Below, piece by piece: positions 36,389 to 47,875 of a stretch of 57,269 bases of DNA; position 1 is the stretch's first letter; every line of letters begins with the position of its first letter. The notes beneath the pieces were generated by a model. The model made no database searches. It saw only the letters and a list, made by a program, of their open reading frames with translations, and had not been told where the DNA came from. A program made the position numbers and the translations under genes. This stretch comes from Chlorokybus atmophyticus (taxonomy: Eukaryota; Plantae; Mesostigma and Chlorokybus algae): contig RHPI01000777.1 in the NCBI GenBank assembly GCA_009103225.1, forward strand, positions 216,969 to 274,237. Reading direction: 5' to 3'.

Positions 36389-37470
36389 TTACTGGTAGAC
36401 CAATTTTTGGTGAAATTGGAGCGGTTGCTGCTGACGTTGACGGAGTCGATGTCGTAGCCGGTGTAACTGTTGCTGCTGGTGCAGTACCACTGGTGGCTTC
36501 AGAGGAGGTAGCTGCGGATGATGTTGCGGCTTCCCCTCGGACTCGTCAAGATGGTTGAATACGCCACAGAGTGTTGGTGTCTCTCGTGCTTTGGAGCCAT
36601 CAGTGCCCAACGAGCGGGGTAACAGGCACGGTAGTTTTGCTACTTGTCTTCCTCCAAGCGTGCCATACGCGCCCTGAGGGCAGCCATGTGGTCATTAGCT
36701 GGCGGGTTGGCTGGAGCCTTGGCGGCAACAGCAGCAGCGCGCGGACGTCCTTTCAGTCCCTTACGCTGAGGAGGGCGATTCTTCCCCCTATAGCCTTGCT
36801 CTTCCTTGCGAGCGTTGTCGTAGTTGTTGGTGTTGTTATGGCCTCCGGTGGGATTGCTGTTGTAGCCACCAGAGTTGTTGCCGTTGTGGCCTCCAGAGTG
36901 GTTGCCGTGGTGGCCTCCAGTGTTGTTGCTGTTGTAGCTGTTGACGGGTCTCTCGGGGAACTTGAGCCAGCAGACTGACTCCAAGTGGCCTGTCTTGTGA
37001 CAGTAGTCGCAGGCTAGAGTTGAGTACTCTTCGGTGCACTCCTTTTAGTAGTGCCCAACCCGTCCACATCAACACACAGCACAGGGGCAGACAAAGCAAT
37101 ATGCGCAGACCGTTTTCCTTTGTCGCGTGCTGGTGGAGCGTCTCGGCCACGTTCGCGGCGCGGAGGCTCGACAGTCGTGCGAGCTACAGGCCGTAATGCG
37201 CTGCGGTTGGTGTCCAGCACTGCCTTCTCATTCACCAAGCGCTTATGGATGGCTTGTGCAGTCTCGAAAGCTTTCTTGAGCGTGTAGCCAAGGGGCCTGC
37301 TGTAGTTCAGGGTCAGGCGCGTCGACTCGCTCAGGGTGGCATCCAACTCATCGACATATATCACAGCAGCCGCCTCATCACTGACGATCTTGTAGTCAGT
37401 GTCCTTCAACATCCCTTTCAGTCTGGAGTACAGGCGTAGGGGGTCCTTGTTGGGCTTTCGCCGGAACCAC
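36389..37470 (-). pseudogene. Gypsy gag, 3' part with CCHC zinc knuckle
   Basis: CDYCHKTGHLESVCW at about 36965-37012. Joins in frame to 42373-43226 (...KVEELRW|FRRKPNKDP...) once the copia and one TSD copy are removed. Confidence 0.75.
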
Positions 37471-37893
37471 TGTTGAAGGACTAGCATGCACATATAGTTG
37501 AGGCACGCATAGACACACAGAGACAAAGCTACCGCCACCAGAGCATACACAAGTCACATTCATCTATCACAAGTTGTCCGCTGGTTCTTATATCAGCCAG
37601 TTACACACACGTCTACGTTTGCAAGCACTGCGTAAGCTATACTCAGCCTTTTGACGCGCTCTAAGTTGTGTTGTCTTTCTTGCAACCAGAGCTTTCCAAC
37701 AAGCTCTTACACGCCTAATATGAGTAAGTATACACGGAGATACGAAGCAGTTAGTAAGGCTCCAGTCTGGAGTCCGGAGTCTGGTCCGACGACGCCATCT
37801 TGCTAAGTCCGGACCTAGTGCTCATCCTTACGACCTTCTACTCCTGTGGTGTGGAGGGTCGATGCTGATCGTATGTAGGAATGACTCTCAACA
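37471..37893 (-). repeat. Copia 3' LTR
   Basis: 423-bp direct repeat; PPT-like GTGGGAG immediately inside. Confidence 0.95.
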
Positions 37894-37997
37894 CTCCCAC
37901 GCGAGCAGCTTGACCTCCAACGCTTGCTCCTGTAGTCAAACGCAGATGCCAAGTCCTGCGCAACAAGTCTTGAACTTGAGCGGTGACAATGGCTTTG

Positions 37998-40900
37998 TCA
38001 TGAAGTCCGCCAGCATGCCTTTAGTGTTGCAGTACTGGAACTGCACCTCCTTCCTTGTGACTCTGTCACGCACAAGTGATGCATGACATCAATGTGCTTC
38101 GTCCTTGCCGAGGCGATAGGGTGCTTTAACAACTTGATGGCTCCTTGGTTGTCACAGTTGATGACGATGCACGCCATGGGGTGCTCCAAGTTTGCCATGA
38201 GCTTGCGAAGCCAAAGTGCCTCCTTTACTGCTGCTGCCACTGCCATGTACTCAGCCTTAGATGTAGATGCTGCTATTATTGGCTGCAGCCTGATGTTCCA
38301 GCTCACCACGCCTCCGTTCAGCTTGAAGACGTAGCCTGTAGTGGACCTCCTGCTGTTGAGGTCACCAGCAAAGTCCGAGTCGCAGTAGCCCTCCAACTCA
38401 GTGCTCCCGCTCCCAAACTTGATGCCAACGGTTGCGCTCCCAGCAACATATCGTAGTACTCCCTTTGCTCCAGTGCTCCATGCTCGGTGCAGACATGTAG
38501 CGAGCAAGTACTCCCACAGCATGTGCAACATCGGTGTGCACACTGCCAGATAGAGCATGCTGCCTACCGGCTCACCATATGGATACTGAGCCTTGTCGAG
38601 TACCTCCTCATCCTTTGCCTTAATGAGGGCAATGACAAGTGCCAACGGTGTGGTCTTGGTCTTCGCTTCAGTAAGCTAAAACCTGGTGACGAGTCTTCTC
38701 ACCATTTGCTCCTTACTGATCTTGATTGTCCGTGCAGCCCTGTCGCGCTCAATCACCATGCCAAGGAACCACTTAGCCTCTCCAAGATCACGAACTGAGA
38801 ATGCTTGCTGTAGAGCAAGTTTCGTCTCCTGCAGGTGGTGCACCTGCCTGGCGGTGATGAGAATATCATTCACATACACGAGCAGCCAGACCTTGTTGTC
38901 TGCATGGATGAAGAGCCCAGGGTTTCCACAGGATGCGGTGAAGCCAAGTGCCTCCAGCTCCTTGGTGCTTGATGTGCCACATATGCGGTGCCTGTCGCAT
39001 CCTGTACAATGCCTTTGTCAGCTTACACGCTATGCTTTTCTCCCCTTCTTCATATCCAGGTGGTTGCTTGATGAAGATCTCCTCCTCCAGCTCTCCGTAG
39101 AGGAAGGCAGTCTTCACATCCAGGTGATGCAGCTCTAGGTCTTCAGCAGCAACCATAGCTAGCAGTGCACGGAAGGTGGTATGCTTACTTGCAGGTGCAA
39201 ACACTTCGTTGAAGTCCACACCTTCTTGCTGCAAGAAGCCCTTTGCCACCAGTCTTGCCTTGTAGCGCTCAATGTTGCCCTGACCATCACGCTTCACCTT
39301 GAAGACCCATTTCACTGGAATGGTCTTCCCTCCTTGCGGTAACTGCTCCAGTGACCAAGTGTTGTTGGCATGGAGTGACGCAATCTCCTCGTCCATAGCA
39401 CGCTGCCATTGCTCCGCATCTGGTGCTAACAATGCCTCCTCGTAGGTGCTTGGCTCCTCATTGTGCACACTGGCGACGTGTGTGCCTTGTGTAAGAAGTC
39501 AGGTGCCTTTCTCCCTCATTGGGTATCTCCGAGCTGCTTGCTCATGCTGCAGGTGCGACTGCTTGTCTGCTATAGTAGAGTCCTGCTCACCCTTATCGTC
39601 GATGATGGCCTTGCTTGCAACTCCCCCTTTCGTAGGAAGTTCCTCCGGCTGTGCTTCATCTTCATCTCGAGGAAAGAAGCCTGCTTCTGGTTGTGATAAT
39701 CCCTCGTGGAAAACCACCTCTCCGCTCACGAAGATCTTCTGAGTGTCCTCGAGCAAGATCCTGTAAGCCTTGAAACCCGGTTCATAGCCAACAAAGATGC
39801 CCTTCTTGCTGACGGGCTCCAGCTTGTGCCTGAGCTGTTTAGGCACTAGTGCATATGCCGTGCATCGAAACACACGCATACCACTCACATCTGGTGTGGC
39901 TCCATAGAAGTGCTCCCACGGAGTCTTCTGCTTTGAGCTCACCGGAGACCTGTTGCGGATGTAGTTGGCAGTGAGTACCGCCTCCTTCCACAGACTGTCT
40001 TCCATCTTTGTGTCGTTGAGCATGGCTCGAACACGCTCCAAGAGTGTCCTGTTGAGGCGTTCAGCTGCTCCATTCTGCTGCGGGGTGTAGGGTGCCGTTG
40101 TCTCGTGGCGTATGCCCTTGCTGGCGAAAAACTCCTTCAACTCCTTGTTGATGTACTCCCCTCCTCGGTCACTCCTCATTGCCTTCATCTTGTTGCCAGA
40201 CTTGGTCTCCAACAAGGCCACAACTGTGCGCACAGCTCCAGCAACTTCTGACTTCAGTGTCAACGGAAAGATGACGGATAGCTTGCTGTAGTCGTCGAGG
40301 AATGTAGCTAAGTACCTGACCCCTCCCTTCGCCACAATGCGCATAGGGCCACAGACATCAATGTGCACAATCTCGCAAGGATGCTAACTGCTTGAAGAGG
40401 ATGATGGGAATGGCATAGCATGCTGCTTTGCAACCAGACATGGTTCACAAAGTGCACCTAATGCATTCTTGAGTTCTTCTGTGCTGAGATGGATGCCCTT
40501 GACCATCTTCTCAGCGACAAGGCGAGCGAGGTTGACGTAGCTGAGATGCCCGAACCTTCGATGCCACAATGTTGGTGACTCCTTGTCCTTCATCATCATG
40601 GCTTGAATGTCAATGTTCTGAGGGTGCTGCTCCACGTGGTAGAGCCCTCCCGGATCAGTGATTCCAACCATGTGCACGACCCCATCAAGGATGACTGTGC
40701 AGCCACCCTTTCGAAATAGGATCTCCGCGCCTAAGCGCTCCGCAACCCTCACAGAGAATAGACTCGCAATAGCCTTGGGAACATGCAGGACGTTGCGTAA
40801 CAACACCTCGTGTAGTGTGTTACCAACCTTGCACTGGAGTCGTACATTGCCAACTCCCTCAGCCACCGGTACTTCGCCACCGAAGCCCGCCACCTTGATT

Positions 40901-41856
40901 GTGAACGTCAGCTTCCTGTAGCCCTCCATCACCTCCTTGTTTGGTGTGAGATGACGATCGCAGCCAGAGTCCACCACCCAGAAAGCTGTGCTCGCCCTCG
41001 AACTGGTAGCAGTGAAGGTGACATGTTTCTCCTTGTGTTGGTGCTCGTTGCCGCTGTTGCTGGTGCTTGCTCTAGGTTGCCCCTGTTGTTTCTTCCTATA
41101 GTCCTTCACAATGTGCCCCTTCCAACCACACCAGCGGCATGTGAGGTCTTTATTACAAGGATTGCCTGGCTTGTTGCCCTTGTACTTCTCTTCATGGTTG
41201 TTCTTCTTTGCGTGCTTGCCGGTGTCGAAGGCAACGGCATCCGCTTGCTCGTCCTTCTTCACAACCCTCTGCTCCACGGTGAGCAGCTTTAGTAGCACAT
41301 CGTCCAACGTCAACTCCGATGATGACGTCTCCAGCAGGGTTGCGACGACCTCGTACTCTGCTGGTAGCCCTGCAACAATGGCCAGCACTACCTCCGTCTC
41401 CCCCATGTTGTGGCTGACGTTAATGAGGTTCGCCCACAGCTCTCTCGCGCGCGCAACATACTTTGTAATGGGTTCTGCTGCCTCCTTCCTGAGTGCGCTG
41501 AGCTGCTTGCGTAGATGCAACTTTCTGGCATTGCTCTTGGCTCTGAAATTGGCTGACAGCTTTTCCCAAGCTCGTCTACCATCTTCACATGCGGTGAGCA
41601 TGGGAAAGTGATGCGGTTTGCAATTCAACACAAGCAAAGAGTGTGCTTCCGCTGAATGCTCTGACCACACAGTGTTCGCTCCTGGTGGTGGTGGTGCCTT
41701 CGGATCAACGTACTTCCACACCTTCTTGTGGATGAGCAAGGCCTTCATCTCCACGCACCATGTGTTGTAGTTGTCGGTGTCCAGCTTCGCAATCTGCCCC
41801 TTGTCGTAGGTCGCCTCCATCTTGTCGCTCCTGCCTTCCTTGCAATTGACACCCAA
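37998..41856 (-). pseudogene. Copia gag-pol polyprotein, broken by stops and frameshifts
   Basis: Gag with CRWCGWKGHIVKDY knuckle; FWVVDSGCDRHLT; LWHRRFGH...CEPC; HIDVCGP...RSDRGGEY...PQQNGAAER; MDEEIASL...KARLVAKGF...DVKTAFL; YVND (mutated YVDD); GYCDSDFAGD...STTGYVF. Confidence 0.95.
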
Positions 41857-41928
41857 GGCTCTGCTACCAACAAGCTACCGTAGTGTAGAACTACTAATGC
41901 ACACAAGCTAGTCTCACACTCCTCAAGC

Positions 41929-41947
41929 GTAGTGTGGGCCCATAACC
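41929..41947 (-). promoter_or_regulatory. Copia primer-binding site, half-tRNA(iMet) type
   Basis: GGTTATGGGCCCA directly after the 5' LTR on the - strand. Confidence 0.85.
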
Positions 41948-42372
41948 TGTTGAAGGATTAGCATGCACATGTAGTTGAGGCAAGCATGGATGCACAGAGA
42001 CAGAGCTACCGCCACCCTAGCATACATAAGTCACATCACATTCATCAATTACAACTTGTCCACTGGTTCTTATACCAGCCAGTTACACACACGTCTACGT
42101 TTGCAAGCACTGCGTAAGCTATACTCAGCCTTTTAACGCGCTCTAAGTTGTGTTGTCTTTCTTACAACCAGAGCTTTTCAACAAGCTCTTACACGCCTAA
42201 CATGAGTAAGTATACGCGGAGATACGAAGCAGTTAGTAAGGCTCCAGTCTGGAGTCCGGAGTCTGGTCCGACGACGCCATCTTGCTAAGTCCGGACCTAG
42301 TGCTCATCCTTACGACCATCTACTCCTGTGTGGAGGGTCGATGCTGATCGTATGTAGGAATGACTCTCAATA
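41948..42372 (-). repeat. Copia 5' LTR
   Basis: 425-bp direct repeat of 37471-37893. Confidence 0.95.
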
Positions 42373-43226
42373 ACCACCTCAACTCCTCCACTTTGCTAGT
42401 GGTCTTCGATGCGAAGGTGCGACGAAATGCAGCGTATAGATCCTTGAGTGGAGAGTCATAGATGGCAGCACCTACAGTGATGGCTGGTGCGCGCAGTGCA
42501 ACTGACCCGAGGGTGAAAGCACTGCCTCCCGCACGAGAGCCAGGTGTTGCCATAGGTAGGGGTGTGCCCACCTCAACGGCTGCAGTTCGTTGTTCTTCAA
42601 GGATGGCGGAACGGTCCAAGATCCGGGCCTGTCGCGCGGCCGTCGTGATCTCAATCTCTGCAGGGGTCAGGTTGACGATCACCAACTCAGGTTCCTCCTC
42701 CTCTGCTCTGTCAATGGCTGCTGCTATGGACAATTCGGTGACTGCAGCGGGAGTGGCAGGTGGAAAGACGGATGCTGGACTGTGCAGTGATGCAGATGCT
42801 ATGGTACTAGCGAGCTCGCCATAGCCATCAACTCGATGCAGTTCAGCGACGCATTTCCAAACATCATGTTTTATGGTCCAGATACTGAGCAGCAATGTGA
42901 AGAGAGATCTCATCTGACCTGTCTTTGTTCTTCAGGGCTTGCTGTCGCATCTTGGAGTGGAACTTGATGATGAATTCGTCCAAAGAGATAGTGCCAGCAC
43001 GTGCGGAGAAGCGCAGGGACGTGGTTGAGCTGAAAGACTCCATCTCGTAGACGTCACTGTCGGACGAGAGTTGGGAAGCTCGATGCCGTGGAGTGGACAT
43101 GAACGGAGTGCAGTCAGAGACTGCACGCGAGCCTCTCCTAGTCCGCTTGTAGGTGAGGTTGGAGGTTGGGCTCCAGCTGCTGAGGTCACCCTCGTCTATT
43201 GGAGAGAATGGGGTGGGCCTGCTCAT
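42373..43226 (-). pseudogene. Gypsy gag, 5' part
   Basis: ATG at 43226 downstream of the PBS; ISLDEFIIKF...AAQYL; one frameshift; continues across the copia insertion. Confidence 0.7.
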
Positions 43227-43331
43227 ACGGCTAGTCCAAAGGTGAAAGTGTATGCAGGGTAGAGTATTTGTGCTCTACCGCCTGTCTCAATGCCGCTACC
43301 ATTCACCACACTAGTGCTTATGTGCGCACCA

Positions 43332-44040
43332 TGTAATGACAGTGACAACGAATGCGCAGGGATGTGTCCCCAAATTCAGACTGCACTATCAGATGCATAA
43401 GCAACGCAGTCAGTTGAGCAAAGAGGGTGACGCTGTGAGTCGACAAGCCACTATTACAGGTAGTGCTGTTACACAGTTCTTTGCATGAGCGGAAAATGTG
43501 TTACACTGTCAAGTGGAGTGAATGAGCAAGCAACACGTGGATACCATGCCCTGACTGATGCCAACAAGCACACTGCAACCAGGCACACCAGGCTCACAGC
43601 GATGACAAGCACGATGCACACACGAGCATGCACAGGCTCTCACACAATGAGGGGGTTCTTGATAACCGGGATGGCGTGTTTGTAGTTCAAGTCGTTTCAC
43701 AAGCTCTTAGCTTTCTCACTCACAATGTCACCAGCTAATCCGGTGAACACTATGACTACTTATACAAGTCAAATCATGACTGTTCAGGACATAAGCTAAC
43801 GGTCATATCGAGGTTATTTCCACAGCGATTGTCACTCGATATAAAACACAACTTATAACTGAACTCTCGACTGAACAGCTACGCGCGGCGCCTAGTAGGC
43901 TATGGTCGTGAGCTACCCTGAAGTCATGACATAGCCACTGGTCAGGGACGCGCGCGCGTTGGTATGTTGGTAGGCCGGGCGACGGTTTCGATGTAGACAT
44001 GCCCAATGAAGGCTGGTATGTGTGCGCACTAGGCATGACA
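43332..44040 (-). repeat. Gypsy 5' LTR candidate (709 bp) followed by PBS-like TGGTGCGCA
   Basis: Element strand TGTCATG...CATTACA (7-bp imperfect terminal IR), then TGGTGCGCAC at 43331-43322. Only the outer 227 bp recur at the 3' end. Confidence 0.7.
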
Positions 44041-44280
44041 GAACGTCAAACACGGGAAAACAATGTTGCAACGAAACGCAAAACCTGGCAAGGAAATGCC
44101 GCGTCGGGACATTGAAACGAGCATAGGTTCGAAGTGTGATATTATGTTATTTGTGTGGGTTGAGTTGCATGAGTGTGCGCAGTTGATGCGTGTATAGTTA
44201 GTGTGCAGCTTGGGTTCGGCGAGCATATGCGGTTTGATAATGTTTCGGGTTTCGTACCATGAGCCATATGAATCATCGAA

Positions 44281-44520
44281 TGCACAAGCATGGTCAACGT
44301 TTAAAAATTGCCTGACTGCAGAAAGTGTTGTAAGGTGTGGTACACCCTAAACCAGGTGAACTATATATATGCACAAGCACTGTCAACGTTTCCAAAAATG
44401 CCTGACTGCGCAAACAGTGTTGCAAGGCGTGGTACACCCTTGACCATTGCACTTACAAGATGCACAAGCACAATCAATGTTTTGAAATTTGCCTGACTGT
44501 GCAAACAGCGGTGCAAACAC
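44281..44520. repeat. About 90-bp tandem repeat, 2.5-3 units
   Basis: TGCACAAGCA...TCAA(C/T)GTTT...TGCCTGACTG recurs at 44281, 44370 and 44461. Confidence 0.85.
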
Positions 44521-44636
44521 CAACAACTACTTGGCACCGTGCAGGTTTTGACGCCTACACTGCTCTGAGCCGTAGCTTAGAGTGTGACGTCCAGGTCAGG
44601 GTGTTCAGGCAGGATAGTTGCGCTGCCGTCCAACCC

Positions 44637-46354
44637 TCAGATGCGCTGCCTGATGTACATGTCTCTTTCGTCTTGTCTATCACACGGTGTGCATGTGTTG
44701 TTGCCTAATGCAATGCCTTCATCTGTCTGAGTGCATGCGTGTGCGTCACAATGTCGCAACTCGTTGGATGCTTGTCCTGTAGTAGTTTTATTGTGGCAAC
44801 CATTGCATGCACAAGAGGCTGTGCACATCAGCCAATTCTTTTTGCATCTGCATAGCCTGCTCTTGCACTGTGACTTTTTGCACCCAAAATCGTGCGGTAT
44901 CAGTGAGGCTGCCATGCTATCTGCTATATCCGTCAGCGCTTGGTACACCCCATCTTTATGCGTGTAGCCATAAGAAGTGAGCGGAGGTACCGTGATGTAG
45001 TCTTGCGTCATCTGCCATCACATGTTGGCCATATTAGCTCCAAGGGGTTGCATGATCGAGGGGCTGATTGAGGGCATGTTGTGTTTGGAGTCCCCTGTTT
45101 TCTCCCATACAGCTTGCTGCACGCACTAAAGCCACGGTGTGAGGTTGATCACAGAGTCTGGTTGTGCATTGGCCCCGCATGTGTTGTGGAACTGTGTTGC
45201 TGCAATCAAGTGCGCAGGGAAGCAATTCCTGTTCTTTGAGAAATATGCACAACCGACCAGCCGGAGGAACATAATGGTTGAGTCGTCTGTGCAGTGTGTG
45301 TTTTTGCTTGTCACAACTCTGCCTCCCAAGACATGACTTGAGACCAGAAGTAGTGCTTGAATATCCCTGACCAATAACTTGTGTAGTCACTGCATGTGAC
45401 AGCATAGAGGCGCATTAGAAGCTTGACCCTGCTGTTTGGGAACACAATGCGAAGCTGTGGCATTAGCGCCAGGTGCTTGTACATTGCAATCGAGTTCAGG
45501 TACATTGAGCGCATTGTGATGTGTTCGCTTGCGGATAGTTGCATGTACAATTGTTTGTGGTGATTCCCCCACTGCTTAATTGCGCCCAACCCAATCAGCG
45601 ACATGTCCGTATCCGGTGATAACACACGGCATGGGTGGTGAGGCGCCTGAAAAGCGTGGAACCAAACACGTGAGTCCGCTCTCGCGTGGTTGCATTTGTA
45701 TTCTTATGTGATGCTGAACTCAATGTCCCCGGTGTGTCGTACTACTCTTGCTTTGTCACTGTAAAGCTCGTCGTCGCTGCCACCTGCAATCACCAACTCC
45801 GGTCCTTGTCGCGAGTAGGACGCCACTATCTCTAATAGTGACGCTGTCATCAGTGCACACAAGCTGCGCTTGGCTGCACGATCTTCCAATAATGACCTCC
45901 AATTGCGACCATAACATGCAGTGATACATCGCGGTCCACTCTTGTGGATTACCTCCACAGCATCCACCACCTGTCCACTAACCACATGTCCCGGTGTTGT
46001 CCATGTGAAGAAGCGCATGGGTTCCCCTCGCCACTCGAAGCATGAGCGCGAGCACGATTCGCACACGCACTGCACGCAATGGAAAAACTCGATTTTCTTG
46101 CACAGCACTTGGCCGAGGCGGCAGCCAAACACGTCGACATTGTGTGTGGTGTGATGCCAGCAAGCAGCACTAAAACCGTGGCACACTGTCTGCACTCGCT
46201 GGCATTCGGTCAAGTGTGCTCGCATTTGCTGCCTACGGCCATTGGCACATACGTACGCATTGCATTGTGGGCACACCAAGCATGGTCTCCTAGGTGAGGG
46301 TGATTCTGCTGCCGTCGACATCATGCAAAATAGGAATCGGCACGCTGCCCACAA
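44637..46354 (-). pseudogene. AcademX-type transposon protein, C-terminal part: XPG/FEN1-like nuclease plus Cys-rich finger
   Basis: WRSLLEDRAAKRSL...LVIAGG...*EYKCNHARADSRVWFHA...VLSPDTDMSLIGL...LYAVTCSDYTSYW; FLRLVGCAYF; MPS...*WQ...VPPLTSYGY...GCKKSQCKSRLCRCKKNWLMCTASCACNGCHN. Confidence 0.7.
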
Positions 46355-47079
46355 ACTGAGCGAGACTTTAGGGTATGGGCATCAATTTAGGGTTGCCAGC
46401 TTACGAACCCTAAATGGGTCAAACTTCAAGTGAAGCACGACTGTACCTTATACGCTATTGCAGTACCATGCATGGTAGTGCATCAACATGAATGGTACTC
46501 CATCTGTTAATGGTACTACAGTACAAGGATACTCGCATACTACCACGATCGTAGAGTAATACTGTACTGTCATGCCATGGAACCCAGAGCGCTGTCCGAG
46601 TTTGTTGCTGTCAACCACACTCTAAACCAGCGAGGTATGCAAGCCATGCATTGACTCATGCGCCGGGCAGTCATCATACACATGTACAGCCAATGCTTCT
46701 AAAACAGCAGATATCTGGTGCACCATGCACCATGCTGCAACTATACATGTACCTACATGGTTCACAGGAAGCAAACACAAAACTACAATACATGCACAAT
46801 TGGCATCAAGGCGGGGGCCAAATTAGCGCCGACACGTTGGCGTCTTGCATCAGGCGTGGCGACCAAAACGGGTGAGGTTGCTTGCAAAATGGACACGCTT
46901 GTAGGTTCTTTGATTTATTTGCCACAGTCTTCTGATGTGTGCTATGATGCAGACATGGCACATCGCTTTCTTGCAACAGGGCGTCTCCCCATCCGCTGGG
47001 GGGGGGTGGCTCTTCAATGCGACAAATCAGCACACATGGTGCACGCGGGTGTGCAAGCTGCCTCTGCCACCAAACTCTG

Positions 47080-47817
47080 TTATCGCGTCGCATGCGTAGC
47101 GACTCCCATCTGAATGGCGCAGCATAACTCCACTGCCTGTTCGATCACCTGACGCCCATCTGCCGCCATACACCACCTGCTGGTCTTGGTGGTCTCGTCA
47201 AGCATGCGATCATCCAGGCCCTCGACATGGCTGTTGTCACTCGTGTACTCCCCCGCATCGTCATTTTCTTCGAGCTTCCACAGAATCAGCTCGACGTGCC
47301 GTATGACATACAGCCACTGCCAGCCAAAGCATGCCAAGTACAGCTCGAATGGTTTTACTTGCCACCCAGTATGTTTGCTCAGGTAGTGGCACACATCTCG
47401 ACCCGCATTAGTCGACATCGACAGGTACATCTGCTGCAGCAGGTCGAAGTTCTGCTCCGCAGATAGCTCTTGCACATTGCCGGGGTGCTGCGGCAGCAAC
47501 AACACCATCACATCGAGGACGGCGAGGGGCAACGACGTACTACGGATGGCCATATCGTGTATGGGTTCCAACCACGGCCAATCCCCAGAGGTCTGTTTAG
47601 ATCGCATTCTCCGCGTTTGCTCCCACTTATTGCAAACTTTCGTCACCCACCTCGAGGCATGCCGCATGCGGTGATGTAGCGCGTCTTGGGCGTACTGTAG
47701 GGTGATCAACTCCTTTGCACTACGAGTCAGCCCCCCAAAGCGTCTGCGCGTCGGTGCTTTGAGCTTAGGCAGCTCGTGCCGCACCGGCTGTCTCTCTGGA
47801 CGATGCTGAGCAGCCAC
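47080..47817 (-). CDS. Exon of the large transposon gene downstream of the OTU exon; function unknown
   Basis: 245-aa open frame starting at acceptor GCTCAG; its 5' part is also present at 1-330 in copy 1. Confidence 0.45.
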   Translation of the reverse strand: MAAQHRPERQPVRHELPKLKAPTRRRFGGLTRSAKELITLQYAQDALHHRMRHASRWVTKVCNKWEQTRRMRSKQTSGDWPWLEPIHDMAIRSTSLPLAVLDVMVLLLPQHPGNVQELSAEQNFDLLQQMYLSMSTNAGRDVCHYLSKHTGWQVKPFELYLACFGWQWLYVIRHVELILWKLEENDDAGEYTSDNSHVEGLDDRMLDETTKTSRWCMAADGRQVIEQAVELCCAIQMGVATHATR

Positions 47818-47875
47818 TTGACGCTGTAAACCCGCCTGTGCCTACTCAGGACACACAGTCAGCCCTAGTCAGGCT

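Larger units (their letters stand above)
37471..42372 (-). mobile_element. Full-length but disabled Ty1/copia LTR retrotransposon nested in gypsy gag
   Basis: LTRs 37471-37893 and 41948-42372 (TGTTGA...TCAACA/TCAATA); 5-bp TSD ACCAC at 37466-37470 and 42373-42377; domain order gag-PR-INT-RT-RH. Confidence 0.97.
28589..44040 (-). mobile_element. Decayed Ty3/gypsy LTR retrotransposon (gag-PR-DNMT-RT-RH-INT-PHD) with nested copia
   Basis: Domain order RT-RH-INT. Outer ends are TGTCA... and ...CGACA on the element strand. GAAC occurs at both 28585-28588 and 44041-44044. PPT-like GGGGGGTGGC at 29292-29302. Confidence 0.9.

Noticed and set aside
46365-46415. Three TTTAGGG/CCCTAAA telomere-like heptamers, two forming a 10-bp inverted repeat
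   Set aside because: They are isolated, not tandem, and lie within decayed coding sequence; insufficient for an interstitial telomere or telo-box claim.
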